A stretch of 63,316 bases of DNA, the filler included, from Reticulomyxa filosa (taxonomy: Eukaryota > Protista > Foraminifera): the NCBI GenBank assembly GCA_000512085.1. It is 15 parts of 15 records of this genome, joined end to end, with 100 filler letters (N's around TTAATTAATTAA, not from the genome) between each part and the next. Parts side by side here need not be neighbours in the genome. Positions count along the whole stretch, not along the records: positions 1 to 14,240 come from ASPP01028576.1; positions 14,341 to 23,307 come from ASPP01004254.1; positions 23,408 to 25,977 come from ASPP01024597.1; 12 more parts are not named here. The stretch is one strand, 5' to 3'. Numbering within the stretch: the stretch's first letter is position 1; the number at the start of each line of letters is the position of its first letter. Made by a program: the position numbers and the translations under genes. The notes under the pieces were generated by a model. The model searched no databases, was not told the DNA's origin, and saw only the letters and a list, made by a program, of their open reading frames with translations. Positions 12,961 to 23,649 of this stretch are shown in pieces.

Positions 12961-14240
12961 TCATTTACATCACTTGTAAATATTGATGTCCACAATGCCA
13001 CGTCATCAGCAAACATGCCACACTGAATAGGCTGATGAATCGCTGTCGGTAGGTCATTAATATACAATAGGAACAATATTGGGGATAAAGCAGATCCCAG
13101 TCAATCTCAATAACGATTGGAATCCTGCTTGTGTTTGATGTAATAATTGCTTATCATTCAACTATATGTAACCCATTCGAAAACTCCAAATAGGAATAAC
13201 AATGAATCAATCATTGCATTGCCACCATTCTTAAGCATTTGATTGTGGATGTTATCAGGACCCTGTGCTTTGTACGGCGATAGATGTCTCAGTGCCTCAA
13301 TAACTTCTTCCTTTGTAATGTCACTTTGATTGATATCAAAGGACCAAATACAACTTTCATCCAATTCCAATGGTTTAGATATCGCCACTTTAAATTTAAT
13401 ATCATTTCATAATGTTTCTCATCCACATCTTTTGGAGGCTATGCAAATGTCTTTGCCAACAGATATGCATCGTGTTCAATGCTTTGAATTGCGTAAATAA
13501 ATTCCTTGTATTCCCTTCATGCAATGAGTTAATGCTCTTTATCATATGTTGATGCTTTTCGAATAACAATTTCCTTCGTAATTGTTTCGAAATTTTCCTG
13601 TACAGCATCAAATTCCTTGGTGTCCTGCTTACGAAATCGGTTCTTTGATTTCTGAACTCTCTTTCGTAATCGAGATAAACTATCACTCCACCAAGGTTTA
13701 TTGCCTTTCCAAATCGTCTTAATACCCAATGGTTGCCTCTCCAGCATCAACAACACATTTGGTCCAAGATTCAACTGCTTTGTCCAATGATTCTGTGCTT
13801 CTCAATGCAATAGGGTCAATTGATTGCATCCAATTTCTTCTCAATCTAAATTGTTCCCATTTATTACTTCTCAGATTCCAAGTCTCGTTCAATTCGTGGT
13901 GATGACTACGTGATTTTGATATTGAACGTGATTGGGAGATGATCTGAGTGCACATGCAATTCAACATCATCCGCTCTCCAATTGCTAACAAATGGAAAAA
14001 AAGATGATGAACATAATGTAATGTCAATATTTGATGTTGCATTGTCCTTCATGAATGTGCAGTCAAATGGCAATGTGTTAATAATGTGTAGTCCATTGGA
14101 TATAATAAAATCGAGAATACATTCACCTACGTCGTCGGTATTTTAATCCAACCATACAGGGTTATGTGCAGTAATTTTCTGAGTTGATTGTAATTATTGC
14201 TTAAATGCGGTCGTATTGAATTGCTTACACTGCAGATTTC
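12961..14240 (-). mobile_element. Non-LTR retrotransposon ORF2 relic (APE endonuclease and reverse transcriptase), internally deleted and frameshifted
   Basis: Minus-strand fragments in order: AHNPVW..DDVGECILDFI..NATSNIDITL (endonuclease), KPWWSDSLSRLRK, ITKEEVIEALRHLSPYKAQGPDNIHNQMLK, QAGF, and GSALSPILFLLYINDL...MFADDVALW (RT motif FADD at 13002-13013). Confidence 0.88.
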
Positions 14241-14340
14241 NNNNNNNNNNNNNNNNNNNNNNNNNNNNNNNNNNNNNNNNNNNNTTAATTAATTAANNNN
14301 NNNNNNNNNNNNNNNNNNNNNNNNNNNNNNNNNNNNNNNN
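14241..14340. other. Artificial contig-joining spacer (N44-TTAATTAATTAA-N44); first of 14
   Basis: Identical 100-bp N-flanked linker with stops in all six frames. Others are at 23308-23407, 25978-26077, 27691-27790, 30030-30129, 33004-33103, 36143-36242, 41984-42083, 46409-46508, 47639-47738, 53119-53218, 54725-54824, 56439-56538 and 58173-58272. Confidence 0.98.
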
Positions 14341-14392
14341 TTTTTTTTTTTTTTTTTTATTTTATTTTTAAAAAAAAAAAAAAAATTAATAG

Positions 14393-17300
14393 CTACTTTG
14401 ACACTGCAATGGACAAACTTGAGTTGGTGTCGCCAGTAATGTATACGTTTTATTGCAGTCCTTATCACAAAAACACCGAAATACGAGCTCTGATTCGGGT
14501 GTCGGTGGATCGCAATGGCTGTCGTGTGGAGTTTCACGAGAAATTCGACGACAAACACAAGTCGACGACATTCCTGTGGGACCCATTGCTGGAATATCAG
14601 AAACAGAGGACGATCGACGTAAAGACACTTGAGCTGAAATTGTTGTGGCATTGGAAGACAGAGTTGCAAAAGTGGGTGCAACTTATCCCCGAATGGGACA
14701 GAAAAGAGGAGCTGTTGGCATCCCCACCCTCCATCCTTGGAAAATTGACAAGTAGTTTCAACAGCCTCCTAACTTCGGCGGCGACGAGCATTCGAAACAA
14801 GTTTTTTTCCAAAGGATCAACCAACTTTGACGCCACTGAAGACGTTGTCATGAGTGGGAACGTGATCACGGACAATTTGAAAATGGACAGTCGCGATCTC
14901 ACCATTACAGGTACTGGCAATGTCCAAGCGCAACATGGTAATATCAATTCTAGAGGCAATATTTATCAAAGTGGCTCGCTCATGCTTGCGTCGGGTGAAA
15001 TGAATGTGCAAGGAAGCCATCACTTGAATAAGTACACCATTAATTTTTTTTTTATTTTTATTTTTTTTAAAACACTTTTGATAAATAAAACAATACATAA
15101 AAAAAAATTTAAAATAGTGGAGCCAAATTGTTCTTGACTCGAACAAAGTACTCGGTCGGAAACAATATGAACATCCAAAGCGGCGCAGAGGCAACATTCG
15201 GTGAGGGATCCAGTGCAAAAATTGGAAACAATTTGTCCGTTGCCAATAGTGCCTCCATCAATTTTTTCGAAAGCTCCCTTAATGTGGGCAACAATGTCGA
15301 CGTGTTTGGTTCGCTGGGTTTGTTTGGAAGCAGCATGACTGCAACCAATATGAATGTTCACAAGTTTTGAAATCAAGGAGGAACAGGAAGGGAGGAAATT
15401 TTTTAGAGCCACTCTATTTTCCTCCCCCCTCTCCTTCTTATATACACATACGTATACAAATTTTTCTGTTTGTAAAGTGGTGGCAAAGCCAAACTGGAAA
15501 ACTCGAGTATGGAACTGCGAAATGACATGAAAGTGGATGGAACATTGGACGCGAAATACGCGAAAATAAACGTTGGCAACAACGCAACGATTTCGGGGAC
15601 AATGATAGCGGAAAACGTGGTTATGGACGTGAAGAACTCGTTTGCCATTTTGTCGAGTGGGATGTTGGATTCGAAAGGCAATACAAAGATTGAAAGCAAA
15701 AACATGACCCATTTGGGTACCATTCGTGCCGAAGGTGCACTCCAGTTGAAAGCAAAGGAGTCATTTTATTCGAGTTACAATAGTGTGTTGGAAGGAAGCA
15801 ATGCAATGATAAAGATCGAGGCCTCCACTGTCGATATGAATAGCTACGGTAACGTAAAGGATTTGCATCTGAAAGGAGATAATATCGTGGGCGTGGAAGA
15901 TATTTTGTATGGCACTGGCCATCGAGCAAGACTCCAAATCTCCAATAATCTCACTCTGGAAAAAAACGTCGGGTCATTCAACATCGATCGATCCCTCAGT
16001 CGCAGCTGCGGAATTAGCTTAATTGCGCCGATGATTGACGTCTCCAAAGACATGTACAGCTCAAAGAATATAATGCTGAAATCGACGAGTGGCAATATCA
16101 ACATTGTCGGAGCCAAGATTGATGGACAGAATACAATGCTGGACTCTGCGGGGTCGATTCGAGCAACTGGCTCCGAAGTCTGTGGAAGAGAGCATTTAGT
16201 GGTGAAGGCAGTCGGAGACATTGTCAACGAGTGCTACGAGGAGACATACCAAGGTCGTTATGACGAACAGAAAAGATGGAAAAAGGGCAAGTTCAGTGCA
16301 GGGAAAAGTATGAGTCTGGAAAGCACAGCAGGATCGATTATCAATGATGCCTCGGATTTGCAATGTGGAGGGGACATGCGAATCAAAGCCAAACGTGGAG
16401 TGGAATTTTTAGCACGTACACATACGTATGTGTCGGAACGCACCACTCACTCAACATACTTTTTGGGAATTGAGGTTAGCTCTACAACTACCGTGAAAAC
16501 CAAGACGAGCTCCGCCACGTGCGACGTATCTGCAGGCGGCAATTTGATAATCGAAACCGAAGGCGATTTCAAATCGATTGGGAGCACGTTTTATGCAGGG
16601 AAAGATCTGATGGCAGATATAAAAGGAGACGCCTTCCTTGCAGGCTCGTTTTGTCCGAGTCCACGTATACAAAGGACAGTTCGTGGTTTGGACTTTGTCA
16701 ATCATCATCGTACGATTACAGAGAACGTAATCAAGCCACCGTCGTCAAAGCCTCAATGGACACCATTTTCAAGTGCAAGAATTTAAAGGCAATTGGAGCT
16801 GAGTTTGAGTCGGGACGAAACTTTCAATTACAGGCTGAAAATGCAACTTTCGAAAAGCAAATACTGAACAATTACAGGTTTTTTTCCTAATAATAATAAT
16901 AATAATAATAATAATGATAATAATTAAAAATAAAAAAATAAAAAAATAGAGCCAATAGTTAAATTTTTTTGTTTGTTTGACTCCATTGACACAATAGTGA
17001 AACCAAAAGTTCTGGCCTATCGCTTTCAGCATCTGGCATCGGATACAATTACAACTCCACAAAGGCACGCTTTCAAACAGCCGGAAGTGGCAGTATAAAA
17101 GCAGGTAATGTCACATTGGATGTGAAAAACAAACTGAACATGCTGCAAGGCTTTGCCCCGGAAATAACGAGCCCGAACGGACTGCTGACGATCAAGGCTC
17201 GGGAGTTCACAATGACCGGTCTGAGATTGGAGTCAGAAGTCGAAAGCACGTCTGTGAGTGTGGGCGTGGGCATTAGTGCGAAAGGTGTGACTGGCTCTTT

Positions 17301-20300
17301 TTCTTGGTCCGAATCGAAAAGATCAGAGTCCAACGCCATCTACACCACGCTCAAGGCTCCGAACATGCATCTGGAAGTAGGGACTGCAAACATCGCTGGA
17401 GTAAACATACAAAGCAAGATTACAGGTCATGTACGCAACATGAACGTCACGGCCATGGAAAGTACTGTGACCGAGACGAGGAAAGGATTTGGAGTTTCGG
17501 CGACGCTTTCAAATGGAGTTCTCACCGGTGGCAGTGCCAATTTTGAAAACACAAAAGAACGCCATGTCACCGCCGAAAATGTCGGATTTATCGCGTTGGA
17601 AGGTAGTACTTTGAGCATTGACAATCTACATCTCACTTCGGTAAACGACAGCGGAGTGAAGGCCACCAATGTCACTCGAAGCGAAATTAAGGAAGTGCAC
17701 GATGTGCAAGGTGTGAAAATGGCTTTCAGTGCCAGTAAGGAGGGTGTTGGAGCCTCGGTGAGTGTGGATGGCAAAGAGCACGGATTTCAATACAGCAAAA
17801 ATGGAGCCAGTCTCACAATCGACGGCAAGAAAACAGGAATTGAAAAAACCGAAAATGGATTCAATGCGAACGTGCATGGCAATGAAGTTGGCGCAGAAAT
17901 GACTAAAGAAGGATTCAATGCAAAAGCAGGAGGTCAATCAATTGGCGCGCAATTCAATGCCACGGGATTTGCAGGCCATGTGAATGAACAAAAAGTCGGT
18001 GTGCAAGTGAATGATAAAGGATTCAAAGCAGAATTTGGAGAACATAGCTTTGACGCACAAATTAGCAAGAATGGAATTGAGGCTAATTTGGATGATCATC
18101 ATGTGGACATGCAAGTGAAAGACAATGGATTTGCTGCGCATTTGGACAAACACACCATCGATGCACAAGTGACAAATCAAGGCCTTTGTGCACATTTGGA
18201 TAAACACAATGTGGAATTGCAGCTGCATGACAATGGCCTTACTGCAAATGTCGATGGCCACAATATCGATACGCAAGTGACGAAAGACAAAGGTCTTACT
18301 GTGACATTGGATGCACACAAAGTACGTATTCCTCCCATTGCCAATGTCACTCAATTGCGAGACAAAGTCCGCACTGTCGAGAAATGGTTCCGAGTGCCGG
18401 AATTGGAAAATTTGGAGGACGCCATTCACACTGCGGAAAAAGCTGAGGACACTCTCAACTTGCTTTTCACAAAGCTGTCAAACGACAGCTGCTCACTCAG
18501 CAAACGTATTTGCAAGGAATGTCTGATCGAACCTTTGCGCGAGTCCACCAAAGTGACCTTGCCACAGCTGTTCATCAATCTCATTCACAAACTTTGTGTG
18601 GAACAAACATCGCAAATGAGCATTCAGGATTGGGCTCATCTGTTTGCAGACGACACACAAATTCCTTCGAAAAGTTGGATTGGCTCCATCGTCGAGCGCA
18701 ATCATCATGCCGTTCTTCAACACATTCGAACCTTGGTTATTTCTGAAATTGCTCCTTAGTTTGTTATTCTTTTTCATATTTTTTTTTTTTTAAATTATTT
18801 TGAAAAATTCAAAAAATCATATATATATATATGTATATATTAATTAAGTACATCTGCTGCAACGATATGGAAAATGGCGGAAACCACAATCAATGCGAAT
18901 GAGATAACAGAAGTGAAATGTGAATTTGCGTTCTCGGAACTTTCCAAGAACATTGAGAAAATTATAACTCTGGAGATTTTGGACAATTTGAAACACAATC
19001 GACCAATCAGTATGTCAATGCAACATGAAATGACATTGAAACTGGCAGCAATGTTGAACATGCGTACGCAATGGTTTGATACGAGTAACTTGGGCGAATG
19101 CTTTCCACATCTTTCAAAAATACAGCAAGTACTGCATTTGGATGTGAAGCAATATCCAATCCAATTGTTATCTGGAAGCAAGCCGTTATTAATTCGTAAT
19201 TTTGTGGAGTGTATCACTCCATTGTTACCCACTCGATTTCGAGATGTGGTCGAATGTGTGACCAAACAATGGTACTCAAAATCATCCCGTGGAAGTCCAA
19301 TCAATGCGACGCAAATGTTGGCACATGCCATTTGTGCCATCAAAGATGCAAGTCCACAAGTGTTGCGATGTTTGAAATGGATCGCAGTTGATAATTGCTC
19401 TCGATTGATCCCTTTGAATGACCAATTGCAAATTTTAAAAGCTGTTGCCCATTCTCCTACAAATGCAATGCAAAATAAAGAGTTTGATGTATTTATTGAG
19501 CTAATTGAAAAACTCTATTCTGATCAAGCTTTGGACAGCAAGCATTTGTGGTTTTTATTGGAAAAAGTGGGCTATGGTCAAGATTCGCTGGTGCAAAAGA
19601 TTTTGTGTTCCGGAACACATCCGGAACAACATGCGGAAGTCGTCAGGAACGGTGTCATGAACCATTTGAAAGAAGAGTTGCTTGATAAATGGACTGATGT
19701 GATTGAAAGGCATTGGGACAAACTAGCATTTAAACGTATGACAGGGGAGTTGTTGGGAATGATATTAGATAAGAATACTGTGCAGTTGTGGCAGCAATTG
19801 CATTCCGGTAAGAAATGCACAATTGATAATGTCCATCAAGTGATTGAGTTGATATCGCCTCCAGAATTTAAACGTGCATTGCATTGTTTGAAACACATAC
19901 AAGCAAATGAAGATGCAAGAGTGGTTGTAAAAGATTTGTTGAATGAACATGTAAATCAAGGACTGCCATCTGATATGATAGCTCTGTTTTGTGGGGAAAA
20001 TGAAAGCAATTCATCCCAAATGAATTGGAAGCGAGTATTGAAATCGATTTTTGATTACTATTGCAAGCGTGGATTGCTTGAGGAACAATTGTGTCAATGG
20101 TGCATTGCCACGTTCTGTGAAGAAGGTAGTGATTCAACTGACTCCAAAAAAGATAAAGAGCCACTGACTCCAATCTTATTACAGCTGATTTGTAAACACT
20201 TCCCTGTCCAGTCACACCGCATCGTAAATGCCGTATTTGGCAATGATGAAACAAAACAAAACAAAGATGACAATATATCAATGTCAAAGTATGTACTGGA

Positions 20301-23300
20301 ATTGGCTGGCATAATGCCAAACGAAATTTCCAAATTGTTAGAAGTGTATCTTACAACACTGTGCAATAAGCCATCCGAAACGCAACGTAAAGAAAACAGA
20401 GTCAGTTTGATGAAGCAATTTTTGGAGCAAGTCATAGGTAAGGATAAGTCTGTTGCAATATTGACGACATTGAAGGACGAACAACAATTGAGAAAGCATA
20501 TTTTGGAAATGGTGAAGAAAGAACATCCATTGGTAGCAAGTTACTTGAATGAATTATGGAAATGCAACTCCAATCTGAATTCCAGTGTTTCAAAAATCGA
20601 TCAAATGTGGCAGACTACTGTAGAAAAATATTGTCTCGAAAACGTTTCCAAGAAACTTCCAACCAAATTGTTTGACGATCATATTGACTTGTTATCCGAG
20701 TGTCGCAGGTTGTTAAGTGACAGTAACATGCCCGAAGGTCTATCCAAACGTTTAAGTGAAACACTTTGTCCAAGTACGACTGCAAAGTATTCCAACATCG
20801 AAGCCTTGTGGGGATTCTTTGTGAAGGAAAAGATTCAAAGCAATCGCTTGAGCAAGTTTTTGCTGTATACGTTGACTCAAGAACCTGCAAAAGCAATGGA
20901 CACAGAGCAAAAGAATACGTTGATGTTTTGTGGAATACATGACATTGACAACAGTCTTACTAGAAATGTACTGTCAATCATTTGGAAATTGCATACCAAA
21001 TATCAAGACCATGACAATCCATTGACTTGGATGCCACTATTGGAAACCCTACTGGCAAAAGCTTATTCCCTTTCTTCTCCATCTTGCACCGCTGTTGCAC
21101 GTATCCTTTTGCAATTTCACACTCCAACTCTTTTATCGCAGCTCAAAGACTTGTGCAAAAGTTTTTTTTTTTTTTTTGGTTTCGATTACAAAAAATATCT
21201 TTAATTACTATTTTTTTTTTTTTTTTTTTTTTGAATGATAGCAATAAAAGATAATTCTGGCAACAACCCCACCACTAATTCAATTTTGGAAGTATTGTTG
21301 AAGAATCTGAATGGCAAACAACCAAAGATGCCTTCATTAGAGGAATTGTGGAAAGTAAGTATAAACAAAATGGAGTCTTGGCCAAGTGCAATTCGGAGTG
21401 TGATGCTCAAATCGACAACCAAGCCCAAATGGACGGTAGAGATATTTTTGGAGTGCTTGCCAAGAGAATGGAAGTCGTCGGAATTGGCGAGTCATATTGG
21501 CAACTGTTTGTCGCTGCAGACAGACCTTGCCATTAAAAAGAAGTACTTACGAGAAATGATTACACATTTGTCTGACAAATACTTGAAACAGTACAGCTCC
21601 GATAAAGAGGCAGAGGCATTGAGGAAGACTGTCGAAAGCAAAGATATTTCCAATGCATTGGACAAGAGCGAGCAGATGCAAATGAGTATTGTGCAGCAAT
21701 GGTTGGACGACTGTTTGCAATTTATGAAAAAAAGCATTGCAAAAATGGACAAAAAGAGCAAAGAGATGAACGTGGAGATCAAAAAATTACAAAATGATTG
21801 TAAATTATTGGAACGCTTTCTACCACTTATCAAAGATCAAATCAAATGTGGCAGTGGTCAAACTCACATGAAATCAGTGTTGGCATGCAATTTGTGGTAT
21901 TGCACATTTTTATTATTGCCAAATGTAAGTCATGAAATGTCATCATTGATGTCAACCTATGTTGCAAATGAAAGCGATGAAAAAGGAAAGGAAGAGAAAA
22001 GAGAGGAAGAGAAGGATGTAAATGAACAGCTTGTATTGTGTTATTTACAAAATTGCTGTGGCCTTTCATCCACTGTTTGTGATTTGATTATACGTTGTGT
22101 CAATGGCGAGACTGCTTGGAATTTATTATGGACGGAGTTATCTTTGTGTCCAGACTTTTCAATTGATGCTAAATGGAAGAACTTGGCACGAGTAAATGCC
22201 AGGAAAACTATCGACACTTTACGTGAAATGATTGAACATAGCTTGCCATTGCCAGAAGATATACGTCGGATATTAGTCAAACATTGGAGTCCATCTTCAC
22301 CACCGAATTTGAAGCAAATATGTCAATCGATTTTGAATGACCGTAAAGACGAATGGAAAGAGGATAAATGTTTATTGTATTTGATGAATCCAAATACCAC
22401 CTTTCCGCAAGAAGAAGTGTTAAGTAATGTGTCACAGTCATTGAATTGGACACCGGCTGTAACTACAATAGTTAAATGTTTCCTTAACGACTCTGTTCCA
22501 AACGCAAAGCAATATGGCCAATGGCTCGAAGAAATGTTTGTCACTTTGGCTCAACACTGGTCGCTCCAAAGTGACAAGTACCCCAATATGCCCACTTTGG
22601 CAAAGACTCTGGTGTCTTTGGATTGTGGCGACGACAAAAACGGAGTGAGTCTGTTTTGTCACCTGTTGCAACAGCATGGTTTGGAGCCATCTTTGGCATT
22701 TGTATTGAAGCATCGATTACTGCATGGCAATTATGTCGATTGCAGCCCAGTTTGGCTGAAAAACTTTGCTGATTTCATTGCAAATGGTAATAGACCTGAT
22801 AATGATGCAATGGATACCGTGACATATTTACGTAGTGGTTATTTCTTGTGTGAAAAAGAAATGGAAGTGATTCTCGCATTGATGGAGGAAAAATGTAAAC
22901 TTATTAACAAGGCCTCTTTTTCTGAAAGCTGCAGTTCATTTTATGGCCAATTTGTAGATACAGAGGATATCACGTTTGATGATTGGTTGGATTGGATTGT
23001 CACCGAGTGGCTCCCAATGATGTCCATAGATAACAAATACCTCCAAATTGTGCAAAATTATTATGGACGAAGCAATGACAAAGAATGCAAGACAGACAAG
23101 TTATTATTTGGCGTTGGATTACAGATGACAGTGAGTGCATTGTCTGCAGTAATTCCAAAAGCCAGTACTTTCATTGCCACTTGTTTGGCTATCAAAGGTG
23201 GCTCTGCGGACAGCATTGCAGTGTGCAATTCGCTATTGCCTATCTCACTTTCCCCTTTCATCACTCGTCTATTGCAACAGATTGAAACACCTTTGAATCC

Positions 23301-23307
23301 TTCCAAT
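14393..23307 (+). CDS. Giant (>2,800 aa, partial at both ends) filamentous-haemagglutinin/CdiA-like beta-helix protein with 18-aa repeats and a long helical region. Exons 14393-15031, 15118-15363, 15478-16877, 16998-18758, 18849-21160, 21242(or 21251)-23307; one 1-nt frameshift at ~16644
   Basis: Five GT-AG introns join the ORFs with matching phases. Haemagglutinin-repeat-like segments include AGKSMSLESTAGSIINDASDLQCGGDMRIKAKRGVEF, VSAGGNLIIETEGDFKSIGSTFYAGKDL and SVSVGVGISAKGVTGSFSWSESKRSES. No start or stop codon lies within the contig. Confidence 0.8.
17803..18324 (+). repeat. ~10 tandem 18-aa (54-nt) coding repeats, consensus G(F/L)xAx(V/L)DxHx(I/V)xxQ(V/I)xxN
   Basis: GASLTIDGKKTGIEKTEN / GFNANVHGNEVGAEMTKE / GFNAKAGGQSIGAQFNAT / GFAGHVNEQKVGVQVNDK / GFKAEFGEHSFDAQISKN / GIEANLDDHHVDMQVKDN / GFAAHLDKHTIDAQVTNQ / GLCAHLDKHNVELQLHDN / GLTANVDGHNIDTQVTKDK / GLTVTLDAHKV. 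Confidence 0.9.
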
Positions 23308-23649
23308 NNNNNNNNNNNNNNNNNNNNNNNNNNNNNNNNNNNNNNNNNNNNTTAATTAATTAANNNNNNNNNNNNNNNNNNNNNNNNNNNNNNNNNNNNN
23401 NNNNNNNTGATCAATTATTAAAAAGAGTTCATCTGACGAAAGCAACTATCAGATGATATCACAATTAATCAATGTTATTTTTAAAATCAATTCATTTGTA
23501 TCCATACTTAAAATGTATAAAATAAATTTTCAATTGTTGGTGAAATAATGTTAATTGATTGGACATATATATCGAAAATATCTTTTAATTATAAAAAAAA
23601 ACGTCGTGACAAAGTCTTTGAACTGTCTCAGCAACTTCCATACAGTAAA

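Noticed and set aside
14285-14296. TTAATTAATTAA palindrome recurring 14 times, as a possible CRISPR repeat or regulatory site
   Set aside because: It is always centred in an identical N-run, so it is an artificial six-frame-stop linker.
14393-18758. Bacterial contamination as the source of the haemagglutinin-like ORFs
   Set aside because: The ORFs are split by phase-consistent GT-AG introns of the same AT-rich style as host genes.
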